This document shows, piece by piece, positions 9,754 through 20,242 of a stretch of 64,000 bases of DNA. The notes below the pieces were generated by a model that was not told the DNA's origin, did no database searches, and saw only the letters and a list, made by a program, of their open reading frames with translations. Location of the stretch: positions 320,001 through 384,000 of the forward strand of contig CAWFJP010000001.1 in NCBI GenBank assembly GCA_963816145.1. Reading direction: 5' to 3'. The translations under genes and the position numbers were made by a program. Numbering within the stretch: the stretch's first letter is position 1; every line of letters starts with the position of its first letter. The stretch is from an uncultured delta proteobacterium. GTDB taxonomy: Bacteria > Desulfobacterota > Binatia > UBA9968.

Positions 9754-10245
9754 TTAATTCAGATACCCGCTCCCGCCGCCTTCCGCTTCGGCCGCCGCCA
9801 AATTGTAGCGCACCGCATCGAGATGGGGATGAATTTCCAACGCCCGGCGAAAGCAGATCGCCGCCTCGCGAAACTCGCTGACGGTCATATGACAGAGCCC
9901 CTGCCCCGAAGCCGCGCCGAAGTGATGGGGATTGCGCGCCAAAGTCTCTTGGCAGTCAGCGATGGAGCCTCTGAAATTTTCCCGCAGGTAGCGTACCGTC
10001 GCGCGCTTGTTCCAGCCTTCGGCGAACGATGGCGAGCGCTCGATCACTCGATCGAAAAATTCTTCGGCCTCTTCGAGCCGGCGGTTCTGCATCGCGTCGA
10101 CGCCAGCGCGAAACAGCCGGTCCGTTTCTGCATCGCCCGAGCGACACCAAATACCCCACAACATCGCCTCCGCGGTAGCCGCCATTTCGGGATCGTCGCC
10201 CTTTAGCGCTAAGAGCGCTTCTTGTTCATTGGTCGGATAAGACAT
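9754..10245 (-). CDS. Tetratricopeptide repeat protein
   Basis: P.FAEGWNKRATV.Y, SIADC..TL.RNP.HFGA.SG.GLC and A...FRRALEIHP TPR motifs. Confidence 0.88.
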   Translation of the reverse strand: MSYPTNEQEALLALKGDDPEMAATAEAMLWGIWCRSGDAETDRLFRAGVDAMQNRRLEEAEEFFDRVIERSPSFAEGWNKRATVRYLRENFRGSIADCQETLARNPHHFGAASGQGLCHMTVSEFREAAICFRRALEIHPHLDAVRYNLAAAEAEGGGSGYLN

Positions 10246-10321
10246 TCGCTCAAAGTTCAATCTCAAGAATCACGGACAGGGATGAATCCGAACCTCCGCC
10301 TTTGAACCTTGAACCATTGAA

Positions 10322-11005
<684 letters not shown>

Positions 11006-11299
11006 GCGCTCTTCATAGCATAATCAAAACTCCAACACACCCGCTTGCTTCTTTTCTTCGTTCCCCGCCGTGCCGAAACCCCAAGTCAGCAGAAGTGCAT
11101 CGCCGAGGTTCCGAGGACGGAGAAGAATACCGCCAGCGAAAGTTTCACATGCCATGCGCCGACCCGCCAAATCGATCCCGCGCACCATGCCAATGCCCAA
11201 AAGCCCGTCGCCGATTTGGTAATTTTGAATTCCCCACGCTCACCTGGCGACTTTGCAGCGAAGCTTGTATAAGAAAACTCGACCCTTTTTTAGCGGCTA

Positions 11300-12481
11300 A
11301 TGACACCGGCAAGTAACGACACCCTCTGGACCCGCGCTTTTGTCCTGCTCTGCATCGTTCAGTTCTTAGGCTATGCGCAGCATTTCGTCCTGCAACCGAC
11401 ATTACCGATCTACGTGACCCACTTGGGCGCCACTCCATTTGTTGTCGGTTTGGTGATGGCTTCATTCGCCGCGACCAGTATGGTGCTGCGACCTTTCGTG
11501 GGCTACTGGTCGGACCGCTGGAGCGAATCAGGCGTGATGATTTCCGGCCTGCTGATACAAGGCGCGAGCGTGCTGCTCTGCTACCTGCCGTTTATCGGCA
11601 CCACCATGCTCGCCAATAGCTGCCGCGGCGTCGGCTGGGCCAGCGTCAACTCCGGTGGCTACGCCCTGCTCGCGCAAGCCGCGCCGGCGGCACGCCGCGG
11701 CGAAGCATCGGGCTACTACAGCGGCGCCCAGGGCAGCGCGACCATTCTTCTGCCAGCCTTGGCGCTATGGTTGATCGACGCGCCCTTCGGCGGCTTTCAC
11801 GTTGTCTTCGCGGTTTCTATGATCATCGCAGTCAGCGGCGCAGCTCTCGGCCTTTTGCTGCGCCAGCGCGATACAAAGACAGCGCGGCAACAACGCAACT
11901 TCCTCGCTGGTCCGTGGTGGCGCGAGATCGTCAGAATTCCCGACAAGGATATTTTGCTCGCCTCCGGATTACTCTTCGCCTTGCAAGTTTCGCTGCCGGC
12001 CGTCGCCGGTTTCCTGGTCCTCTACGCGCGCCAGTTGGGCATCGAGCATTTCGGTTGGTACTACGTCGCCAGCGGCGCCACCAGCCTGATCGCCCGCCCA
12101 GTGCTCGGCCAGCTTTCCGACAAGATCGGCCGCGGCGCCGCCATCGCCGCCGGATTCATTCTCGAAGCCGCGGCATTTTGCGTCGTGGTGAACGCCACCA
12201 CCCTCGGCGGCATGATCGTCTCAGGCGTGCTTTACATGGCCGGCTCATCAATGGGCACCGCCGCGACGTTAGCCCTTGCGTTGCAGCATGCCAACCCCGC
12301 ACGGCGCGGCCAAGTGATTGCAACTTACTCGATGGCCTACCCGCTCAGCGCCGGCGTCGGCTCCATGCTCGCCGGCGGCGCCATCCAAATCGCCGGTTAC
12401 ACCTGGATGTTCATCTTCATCGCCATGCTCACCCTCCCCGGCCTATGGATCACCTGGAAAAATCGCGCGAGTCTGAAATGA
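11300..12481 (+). CDS. MFS transporter (tandem copy 1 of 5)
   Basis: 393 aa, about 12 hydrophobic segments, G..SDRWS and LSDKIGRG motif-A-like loops, RRGEASGYYSG. Confidence 0.92.
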   Translation: MTPASNDTLWTRAFVLLCIVQFLGYAQHFVLQPTLPIYVTHLGATPFVVGLVMASFAATSMVLRPFVGYWSDRWSESGVMISGLLIQGASVLLCYLPFIGTTMLANSCRGVGWASVNSGGYALLAQAAPAARRGEASGYYSGAQGSATILLPALALWLIDAPFGGFHVVFAVSMIIAVSGAALGLLLRQRDTKTARQQRNFLAGPWWREIVRIPDKDILLASGLLFALQVSLPAVAGFLVLYARQLGIEHFGWYYVASGATSLIARPVLGQLSDKIGRGAAIAAGFILEAAAFCVVVNATTLGGMIVSGVLYMAGSSMGTAATLALALQHANPARRGQVIATYSMAYPLSAGVGSMLAGGAIQIAGYTWMFIFIAMLTLPGLWITWKNRASLK

Positions 12482-12513
12482 GGACAAATCCTGCTACCCG
12501 TTTCCGGAGATAC

Positions 12514-12621
12514 TCACCACGAAGGCACGAAGGACACGAAGGGAAGACGAATTCGTTAACATGATTTTCGAAAACTTAATTTTCTTTTCCGACCTTCGTG
12601 ATCTTCGTGCCTTCGTGGTGA
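12514..12621. repeat. Palindromic repeat family tcaccacgaaggcacgaaggacacgaag...cttcgtg..cttcgtggtga
   Basis: Inverted repeat of 9-bp cacgaag units; other copies at 16415-16486, 27347-27420, 52676-52890 and 61459-61538. Confidence 0.8.
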
Positions 12622-12635
12622 AGAATTCCTAATCA

Positions 12636-13817
12636 ATGAACGCCACAACCAAAGACACCCTCTGGACGCGCACGTTTGTGCTGCTCTGCACCGCGCAGTT
12701 TTTCGGCTCGTCCCAGCATGCGCTGTTGCAGCCGACCTTTCCGCTCTACATCACGTCGCTCGGCGGCACGCCGTTTCAGGTCGGCCTCGTGCTCGCCTGC
12801 TTCGCGGTCACCAGCGTCGTTTTCCGGCCGATCATCGGCGGCTGGGCCGACCAGTGGTCCGAACCTGGTGTATCGCTTTGCGGCCTAACCTTGCTGTCAC
12901 TTGCAGTCTTGTTCTGTTTGATCCCACTGGCCGGAGCCACCATGTTCGCCAACGCACTACGTGGCATCGGCTGGGCCGCCATGAGCGCCGCCGGTTATTC
13001 CATGCTGGCATTGAGCGCGCCGCCCCAGCGCCGCGGCGAAGCGTCTGGATATTATAGCGGCGTGCAGGCGAGCGGCACGATTTTACTGCCGGCCGTTGCC
13101 ATCTGGCTCATTGGCGCGCCCTTCGGCGGATTTCGCGTGGTCTTCACCGTCGCTTTCACTTTGGCCGCCATTGGCGCGATTGCCGCCTTCGCGCTCAAGC
13201 GTCATATTTCCCCGCGCGCGCAAGATCGCCACGCCGCACCCATGGGTCCTTGGTGGCAAGAAATCTTGAGCGTGCTCGACCGCGAGATCATCCTCGCCTC
13301 GGTCCTATCGTTCATGTCCCATGTCACCTTTCCGGCGGTGGCGAGTTTTTTAGTGCTTTACGCGCGCGAACTAGCTATCAACAACATCGGCTGGTTCTAT
13401 GTCGTTAGCGGCGCCACCAGTATCCTCGCCCGGCCGTTGCTCGGTAAAGTCTCCGACCGCATCGGCCGCGGGCGCGCGCTCTTCGCCTGCTTCATCCTGG
13501 AAACCATCGGCCTGGTGATGCTCGCTTTCGCCGGCAATCTGTTCGCTTTAATTATTTCCGGCGCACTGTATATGATCGGACTCGCCATGAGCAGCTCGAC
13601 CACACTCGCCATCGCCATGGAACAAGCCAAACCCGAGCGGCGCGGCCGCGCCATGGCGACCTTTTCCATCGCCCTGCCGCTCAGCAACGGCGTCGGCGCG
13701 CTGATCTGCGGCAGCCTGGTTCAATGGTTCGGATTTTTCTCAATGTACCTGGTGCTCGCGGCCCTCGCTGGCAGCGGCTTAATGATCACCATCGTCAATC
13801 GGGCAAGGCTGAAGTAG
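12636..13817 (+). CDS. MFS transporter (tandem copy 2 of 5)
   Basis: 393 aa; same motif order as copy 1 (DTLWTR.F.LLC, NALRGIGW, RRGEASGYYSG, PWW.EI). Confidence 0.92.
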   Translation: MNATTKDTLWTRTFVLLCTAQFFGSSQHALLQPTFPLYITSLGGTPFQVGLVLACFAVTSVVFRPIIGGWADQWSEPGVSLCGLTLLSLAVLFCLIPLAGATMFANALRGIGWAAMSAAGYSMLALSAPPQRRGEASGYYSGVQASGTILLPAVAIWLIGAPFGGFRVVFTVAFTLAAIGAIAAFALKRHISPRAQDRHAAPMGPWWQEILSVLDREIILASVLSFMSHVTFPAVASFLVLYARELAINNIGWFYVVSGATSILARPLLGKVSDRIGRGRALFACFILETIGLVMLAFAGNLFALIISGALYMIGLAMSSSTTLAIAMEQAKPERRGRAMATFSIALPLSNGVGALICGSLVQWFGFFSMYLVLAALAGSGLMITIVNRARLK

Positions 13818-13828
13818 GCGGCGGGGCC

Positions 13829-13910
13829 GTTCAAGGTTCAAGGGTTCAAAAGTTCAAGGATCCCGAAATGCCCTCCAACGTTCTTGACATTGAACCTTTG
13901 AACTCTTGAA
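13829..13910. repeat. Inverted short tandem repeat (gttcaag / ttgaac 7-8-mers)
   Basis: gttcaaggttcaagggttcaaaagttcaagg ... ttgacattgaacctttgaactcttgaac; related arrays at ~10302 and ~34559. Confidence 0.65.
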
Positions 13911-13925
13911 CGGAATTTCTTTCCC

Positions 13926-15107
13926 ATGACCGACACCATCTGGACCAAGACCTTCATCCTGCTGTGCGCCGCTCAGCTCCTCGGCTACGCGCAGCATTTC
14001 ATGCTCGCGCCGGTGCTGCCGCTTTACATCACGCAGCTTGGCGGTTCGCCGTTCGTCGTTGGCCTGGTTCTTTCCTGCTTTGCCGTGAGCAGCGTGATCG
14101 TGCGCCCGATGGTCGGTCATTGGGCCGACCGCTGGAGCGAGGCGGGAGTGATGATTTCTGGCTTGCTTTTCCAGGCTGCCAGCATCTTTCTCTGCTTTAT
14201 CCCGATGATCCCGGCAACGGCGCTGGCCAACGCTCTGCGCGGCGTCGGTTGGGGCGGGCTCAATACCGGCGGCTATTCGCTGCTGGCGCTGATCGCTCCC
14301 GAATCGCGACGCGGCGCCGCTTCCGGAATGTATAGCGGCGTGCAAAGCTCAGCGCAGATATTATTCCCTCCCGTTGCGCTCTGGCTCCTTTACGCTTCCT
14401 TCGGCGGCTTCGGTCTGGTCTTCATCGCCACCGCGATCTTCTCCGTTGCCGGCGTTGTCGCCGGACTGTTGATGGCCCCTTCCGTGCCTCGTCCGGTGCG
14501 TGCGCACTCGGTCAACCCAAGCCTGCCGTGGTGGCGCGAAATATTTCACTTTATCGAGCCGGAGATATTGCTGCCGTCGATGCTGCTCCTTTGGCTCAAT
14601 GTGTCGCTGCCGGCAATTACGAATTTCATCATTCTCTACGCGCGCGAACTGAAGCTATCGAACTTCAGTGCCTACTTCGTTGTACTCGGCGCGGCCAGTA
14701 TGCTGGGCCGGCCCTTGCTCGGGCGGCTGTCCGACAAAATTGGCCGGGCTCGTTCCGTCGCCAGCGGATTTGTCCTGCAAATCCTCGGGCTCTTGTTGAT
14801 GACCGTCGTTTCCAGCCTCGTCGGCGTCATCATCAGCGGGGTTACTTATATTCTCGGCAACGCTATCGGGAGTTCGACAACACTGGCGCTCGCGGTCGAA
14901 CGCGCGGACCCGAAGCGGCGCGGCAAGCAGATGGCGACGTTCTCGGTCGCCTACCCGTTGAGTTATGGCCTCGGCTCGTTTATCACCGGCAGCGCCATCG
15001 ACATCGCCGGCTACCTCGGTATGTTCTTGCTGCTTGCGGTTATCCAAGTAGCAGGATTGTTTTTCGCGCTGGGAAATGGAAACACCCTGGCTGGCGAGAA
15101 GGGATAA
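13926..15107 (+). CDS. MFS transporter (tandem copy 3 of 5)
   Basis: 393 aa; same motifs. Confidence 0.92.
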   Translation: MTDTIWTKTFILLCAAQLLGYAQHFMLAPVLPLYITQLGGSPFVVGLVLSCFAVSSVIVRPMVGHWADRWSEAGVMISGLLFQAASIFLCFIPMIPATALANALRGVGWGGLNTGGYSLLALIAPESRRGAASGMYSGVQSSAQILFPPVALWLLYASFGGFGLVFIATAIFSVAGVVAGLLMAPSVPRPVRAHSVNPSLPWWREIFHFIEPEILLPSMLLLWLNVSLPAITNFIILYARELKLSNFSAYFVVLGAASMLGRPLLGRLSDKIGRARSVASGFVLQILGLLLMTVVSSLVGVIISGVTYILGNAIGSSTTLALAVERADPKRRGKQMATFSVAYPLSYGLGSFITGSAIDIAGYLGMFLLLAVIQVAGLFFALGNGNTLAGEKG

Positions 15108-15199
15108 ACCCAGCCAACCTCAAACTTGGAAGCTTGACCGGAAGCGCGCTGCGAGCCTCAAAACCTGCTCACCGGTACAAATGCAATCGAATCAGTCGA

Positions 15200-16387
15200 A
15201 TGGAAAACCCAGCCAATAAGCGCCCTTCCCTCTGGACCCGCGGCTTTACTTTGCTTTGCCTGGCCGAGTTTCTCGGCTACGCGCAGCACTTTTGTCTGCA
15301 GCCGACCCTGCCGCTTTACGTTACTCACCTCGGCGGCTCGCCGTTCATCGTCGGCCTGGTGATCGCGGCCTTCGGCATCACCAGTGTTATCTCGCGGCCG
15401 ATCATCGGCTACTGGATCGACCGCTGGAGCGACACGGGTATGATGATCCTCGGCATGATCGGCCAGGCGCTCAGCATTTTTTTCTGTTTCATGCCATTGA
15501 ATGGCGCGGTGATTTTCTCCAACGCCCTGCGCGGCATCGGTTGGTCGAGCATGGCCGCCGCCGGTTACACGCTGCTTGCGTCGGCCGCGCCGCAGCAACG
15601 GCGCGGCGAGGCTTCCGGTTATTTTGGCGGCGTTCAGTCCAGCGCGACGATTATATTTCCGGCCATCGCGCTGTGGATTCTCGACGCGCCCGTAGGTGGC
15701 TTCCAAGCGGTTTTTTTCTTCGCCGCGATTTTGGTCGCCGTCGGCGCCGCTGCCGCTTGGGCCTTGTCCACGGTTGCGCCGGGGCGGGCTCATACGCCAC
15801 ACGTCAGCGCCTCGGAGCCATGGTGGCGCGAGATCGTCAATGTCGTGGATCGCCACATACTCGCCGCCGCCTCGTTGATATTTACCTTAAATTTATCGTT
15901 GCCCTGTTTCTCCAGTTTCGTCGTGCTCTACGCGCGCCAATTGGGCATCAGCCATTTCGGCTGGTACTACGTTGCCGTCGGTGTTACCAGCGCGCTCGGG
16001 CGGCCGCTTTTGGGACGGCTATCGGACAAACTCGGCGCCGGCCGCTCGCTTGTGATCGCCTTCGCTTTAGAGAGCGGGGCGCTCTTGCTCATGCCGCTAG
16101 CCACTCATCTCCCGGGGTTAGTCCTATGCGGTGCGCTCTGGTACACCGGCGCCGCCATTGGCGGCGCGCGCACCATGGCGCTGGCCATCGCGCAAGCCCC
16201 GCTGGAGCGGCGCGGCCGGGCGATGGCGAGTTACTCCACCGCGTTGCCGCTGAGCAACGGCCTCGGCGCGCTGATCAGCGGCACCCTGGTCGACTGGGCC
16301 GGCTACCGCTGGATGTACACCGTCGCCGGCCTGCTTTGTTGCGGCGGTTTTATTTTGATCTGGAAGCAATGGGCGAAGTTGAAGTGA
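15200..16387 (+). CDS. MFS transporter (tandem copy 4 of 5)
   Basis: C-terminal 395 aa of ORF 14528..16387, starting MENPANKRPSLWTRGFTLLC; same motifs. Confidence 0.9.
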   Translation: MENPANKRPSLWTRGFTLLCLAEFLGYAQHFCLQPTLPLYVTHLGGSPFIVGLVIAAFGITSVISRPIIGYWIDRWSDTGMMILGMIGQALSIFFCFMPLNGAVIFSNALRGIGWSSMAAAGYTLLASAAPQQRRGEASGYFGGVQSSATIIFPAIALWILDAPVGGFQAVFFFAAILVAVGAAAAWALSTVAPGRAHTPHVSASEPWWREIVNVVDRHILAAASLIFTLNLSLPCFSSFVVLYARQLGISHFGWYYVAVGVTSALGRPLLGRLSDKLGAGRSLVIAFALESGALLLMPLATHLPGLVLCGALWYTGAAIGGARTMALAIAQAPLERRGRAMASYSTALPLSNGLGALISGTLVDWAGYRWMYTVAGLLCCGGFILIWKQWAKLK

Positions 16388-16414
16388 GTCGGATTGAAAT
16401 GCGAAAACCGGGTC

Positions 16415-16486
16415 TCACCACGAAGGCACGAAGGACACGAAGTTGAGAAATATTAATTCTTACCGTCGTGCTCTCCTTCGTGGTGA
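16415..16486. repeat. cacgaag-family palindromic repeat
   Basis: tcaccacgaaggcacgaaggacacgaag...ccttcgtggtga. Confidence 0.75.
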
Positions 16487-16502
16487 AAAACTTCTTGGTC
16501 GC

Positions 16503-17717
16503 ATGAAAGCTGAATCAACGGTGGCCCCTTCTCAATCCGCGCCGCTCTGGACGTCGACCTTCGCGCTGCTCTGCATCGTCCAGTTATTGGGTTACGCCCA
16601 GCAGGCGATGCTCAATCCGACCGTGCCTCTGTACATCACCCAATTGGGCGGTTCGCCCTTAGTCGTCGGGCTGACGATCTCTTCGTTTGCCGCGACCAGC
16701 GTCATCGCGCGCCCTTTTGTCGGTTACTGGTCGGACCGTTGGAGCGAGTGCGGCGTATTGGGGTTCGGCCTGATCATTCTAGCGTTAAGCATGCTGCTCT
16801 GCTTTTTCCCATTCGTAGTCACGGTCTTGGTCGCCAATGCCCTCCGCGGCATCGGTTGGGCTGGTGTCAACGCCGGCGGTTACGCTCTTTTAGCGCGCAC
16901 CGCGCCGGAATCACGCCGCGGCGAGGCCTCGGGATATTACAGTGGCGCGCAATCGACTCCAACGGTTCTCTTCCCGGCCGTTGCGCTCTGGCTGCTGCAA
17001 GCACCCTTCGGCGGTTACAACGCAGTTTTTACCATCATGATCGCCCTGGGCCTCGCCGGCGCCGCCGTTTGTTCTCTGATGGCGCGCCAGATCCCAAACG
17101 TTCAAAGTCAGGTGAACCCGCCACAGTCGTCGGCACCTTGGTGGCGGCAAATTATCACACTGTCAGAGCGCGGCGTGTTGTTGCCTGCGGCGCTGATGTT
17201 CTGCAACCAACTGAGTTTCCCAGCGCTCACCAGCTTCATCGTGCTTTACGCCCGCGATATCGGCATCGACAGCATCGGCTCCTATTTCGTCGTCAGCGGT
17301 ATTACCAGCGTCTTCGCCCGGCCAATGCTCGGTCGGGTCTCCGATCGCATCGGCGTCGGCTATTCGCTCATTGCGACGTTCATGCTGCAGTCCTTAGCTC
17401 TGATCTTATTAGTCGTAGCTGCCAACCTGGCGATGATTTTGCTCGCCGGCGTGCTTTACATGCTTGGTATGGCCATCGGCGGCTCCGCAACGCTGATTAT
17501 TGCGATGAATCGCGCCACCCCGGAGCGGCGCGGCCGGTTCATGGCGTCGTTTTCGATGGCCTACCCGCTTGGTTATGGCCTAGGCGCGTTGATTACCGGC
17601 AGCGCCATCGACGTAATCGGTTATTCTTGGACCTACCTATTGCTCGCCGCCCTAGGCGGTTCCGGACTCCTGCTGACGCTGATCCACTGGTCGGAACTGC
17701 AACAGCAACGGGGATAA
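16503..17717 (+). CDS. MFS transporter (tandem copy 5 of 5)
   Basis: 404 aa from MKAESTV; LWTSTFALLC, SDRWSE, RRGEASGYYSG. Confidence 0.9.
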   Translation: MKAESTVAPSQSAPLWTSTFALLCIVQLLGYAQQAMLNPTVPLYITQLGGSPLVVGLTISSFAATSVIARPFVGYWSDRWSECGVLGFGLIILALSMLLCFFPFVVTVLVANALRGIGWAGVNAGGYALLARTAPESRRGEASGYYSGAQSTPTVLFPAVALWLLQAPFGGYNAVFTIMIALGLAGAAVCSLMARQIPNVQSQVNPPQSSAPWWRQIITLSERGVLLPAALMFCNQLSFPALTSFIVLYARDIGIDSIGSYFVVSGITSVFARPMLGRVSDRIGVGYSLIATFMLQSLALILLVVAANLAMILLAGVLYMLGMAIGGSATLIIAMNRATPERRGRFMASFSMAYPLGYGLGALITGSAIDVIGYSWTYLLLAALGGSGLLLTLIHWSELQQQRG

Positions 17718-17811
17718 ATCAAAACTCATTCCGCTCGCCGGCAAACCATGAGAAGATCGATCGAGCCAAGATGGACTGTCTCGTAAGGCTTGGCCGATGG
17801 CGGGAGAATCA

Positions 17812-18651
17812 ATGATTTATCCACGGTCAAATCGCGCCGACGGCGCAGCTGTCGCCGCTCACTATGACGAACTAGATCGATTTTACCGAACGGTGTGGGG
17901 CACCCATCTGCATCATGGTTACTGGCAGAGCGGCGACGAAAGCACCGAAGAGGCCATACTCAACCTGAGCCGGCTCGTCGCGACACTGGCGCGAATCACC
18001 GCCGGCAGCCGGGTTTGCGACTTCGGCTGCGGCTACGGCGCCACCGCGCGGTTTTTCGCGCAAGAGTACGGCGCCCATGTTACCGGCATGACGATATCGC
18101 GCCGCCAACATGAACTCGCCCAAAATATGGCGGGAGAAAACGTCGACTTCCTGCTGGGCGACGGCCTGGATAATGATCTGCCGGCGTGTTCTTTAGATGC
18201 CCTGGTTGCAATCGAAAGCAGCGAGCATATCGGCGACAAGCCGGCATTTTTTCAAGAAGCCCAACGGCTGCTGCGCCCTGACGGTCGACTGGTGGTCGCC
18301 GCCTGGCTTGCGCGCGAGCAAGCGACACCGTTCGAAGCGAGATTTTTGCTCGAACCGATCTGCGCAGAAGGCCGCCTCCCCAGCATGGCCACGGCATCGG
18401 AATATCTGGCCATGTTCAAAGCGGGCGGGTTTCGTGACCCAGAGTTCGCCGATCTGAGCCGCAACGTGCGCAAGACCTGGAGTATCTGTGCCTACCGTTT
18501 GATAAAAACCATTGGCACCAATGCCGAGCTCCGGCGCGCGCTGCTCCAACGCGATTGGGGCAACCATGTGTTTGCAAGAACCGTGTTTCGCATTTGGCTC
18601 GCCTACCGAACCGGTAGCATGCGCTACGGGGTTTTCTCCGCGACAAAATAA
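17812..18651 (+). CDS. Class I SAM-dependent methyltransferase (gamma-tocopherol/sterol methyltransferase-like)
   Basis: HYD....FY..VWG.HLHHGYW, VCDFGCGYG, GMTIS..Q and IESSEH..DK; RBS gggaga. Confidence 0.85.
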   Translation: MIYPRSNRADGAAVAAHYDELDRFYRTVWGTHLHHGYWQSGDESTEEAILNLSRLVATLARITAGSRVCDFGCGYGATARFFAQEYGAHVTGMTISRRQHELAQNMAGENVDFLLGDGLDNDLPACSLDALVAIESSEHIGDKPAFFQEAQRLLRPDGRLVVAAWLAREQATPFEARFLLEPICAEGRLPSMATASEYLAMFKAGGFRDPEFADLSRNVRKTWSICAYRLIKTIGTNAELRRALLQRDWGNHVFARTVFRIWLAYRTGSMRYGVFSATK

Positions 18652-18761
18652 CCCCGGCACAACCGCATTGCCGGCGTTTGTCGAGCGATAGCTATTCGCC
18701 GCGCCATGGGGTAAGAACATTTTCGTTTGCAATCTACCAATTCCACAGGAAATGGTTAGCC

Positions 18762-19763
18762 ATGAAATTTGGCATCTTCATCTTCGGTGACAATCATCCT
18801 GAGCTTGGCCGGTCCAACCAAAAATACTACGAAGAAGTTCTGACCATGGCGGAGTGGGCCGAGGAGTTGGGCTTCGACTCGTTCTGGTTGGGCGAGCATC
18901 ATCTTTACTGGTACGGCACCTGCGTCTCGCCGCCGATGATCATCGCCGCCCTTGGACAGCGGACCAAACGCATCCGCCTCGGGCCGGCCATCGCCGTGCC
19001 GTCGTTTCACAATCCATTGATCGTCGCCGAGGAGTACGCCCTGGCCGACAACCTGTGCAACGGCCGCTTGGAATTCGCCCTCGGCAGCGGCTTTTCGCCG
19101 GTGGAGTTTCAACAATTCGGCATGTCGATGGAGGAAGCCAAAGAGAAGTTTTGGGAAGCCACCGAAATCATCTTTAAAGCCTGGTCGCAGGACCGCTTTT
19201 CGCACCACGGCAAACACTATCATTACGAAAATATTTCGCTCTACATGAAGCCATTGCAAAAGCCGATGCCGCCCACCTGGCTGGCGGCCTCGAGCGACGA
19301 GACCTTGATCAAAGCCGGCCAGATGGGCTTACCGATGATGGGCATTCCCTTCGCGCGCTCGAATAACCTTGCGGACGTTAAGGTGAAGAATGATCTCTAT
19401 CTAGACGCCTACCGAAAGGCCGGTCATAAAGCGCGGCCGGAAATCATGGTCGCCATGCATGTCTTTCTCCATCCGAACGAACGTGCCGCGGTTGAAGAGG
19501 CGCGTCCCTATTTCGAACGCAACATCTCGTTTCATAAAACCCACCGCCGCCCCGGCTCGAAGATTCCACAGCTGGACAACATCAAGCAGGAGCGGCTGGC
19601 GCTTTTTACCGAACCGGACAACGCCGTCGAGATCCTGCGCGAATATGAAAAAATCGGTGTCAATCATGTGATCGGCATCGTTAATTTCGGCGGTGTGCCA
19701 ATGACCGACGTGCGCCGGACGATGGAGCTGATGTCTACCCGGGTGTTTTCCAAATTGCACTGA
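18762..19763 (+). CDS. LLM-class flavin-dependent oxidoreductase
   Basis: MKFGIF, AEELGFDSFWLGEHH, T.RIRLG, HNPL..AE, GRLEFA.G.G. Confidence 0.92.
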   Translation: MKFGIFIFGDNHPELGRSNQKYYEEVLTMAEWAEELGFDSFWLGEHHLYWYGTCVSPPMIIAALGQRTKRIRLGPAIAVPSFHNPLIVAEEYALADNLCNGRLEFALGSGFSPVEFQQFGMSMEEAKEKFWEATEIIFKAWSQDRFSHHGKHYHYENISLYMKPLQKPMPPTWLAASSDETLIKAGQMGLPMMGIPFARSNNLADVKVKNDLYLDAYRKAGHKARPEIMVAMHVFLHPNERAAVEEARPYFERNISFHKTHRRPGSKIPQLDNIKQERLALFTEPDNAVEILREYEKIGVNHVIGIVNFGGVPMTDVRRTMELMSTRVFSKLH

Positions 19764-19802
19764 TCATGCCAATCATCCTGGGCGAAAGGAGATAAAGGCG
19801 AT

Positions 19803-20066
19803 ATGTTCAAGACTGTGATTCTGTCTTTAACGATTGGTTTGCTCCTTATCGGCAAGGCGGCCTTGGCTCAGGACCAGGCGCCAGCTCCGACTTACCACAA
19901 TGGCGATTCCTGGCAATTCAGCGCAATTGAAAAATCGCCGGTGGCATCGAGCACCCGAGCTTTGAATGGCGAGTTTATCATTAAACTGCATCGACGCGAC
20001 GGCGACGGCACAACTCGAGATCTCGAACTTACCAATTACACTCCTGCCCAATCAGCCAGTCGTTAG
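19803..20066 (+). CDS. Small secreted hypothetical protein (possibly internally deleted)
   Basis: RBS aaggag/aaagg; signal peptide ending ALA-Q; 87 aa. Confidence 0.5.
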   Translation: MFKTVILSLTIGLLLIGKAALAQDQAPAPTYHNGDSWQFSAIEKSPVASSTRALNGEFIIKLHRRDGDGTTRDLELTNYTPAQSASR

Positions 20067-20242
20067 TGTCGAAGTACTTCCGTTTCAAGAAACGGTGATT
20101 GGCCGGCAACAATCAATCGCCGCCTGTTCCACTCATGCGCCACGACCCAAGGGCGATGTTGGCTGGTATCGTTTACTCATTGACAGCAACGCGGCGTCGG
20201 CATAAAGAACTGTGCCAAGGAATTCAACATGGGAGGCCGGTC

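Noticed and set aside
11045-11290. Possible degraded membrane-protein fragment on the minus strand upstream of the MFS array
   Set aside because: There are only short hydrophobic pieces in mixed frames, which cannot be supported without a search.
14528-16387. 619-aa ORF suggesting a fusion or extended MFS protein
   Set aside because: The first 224 codons are an alternate frame overlapping MFS copy 3; homology to the paralogs starts at MENP (15200).
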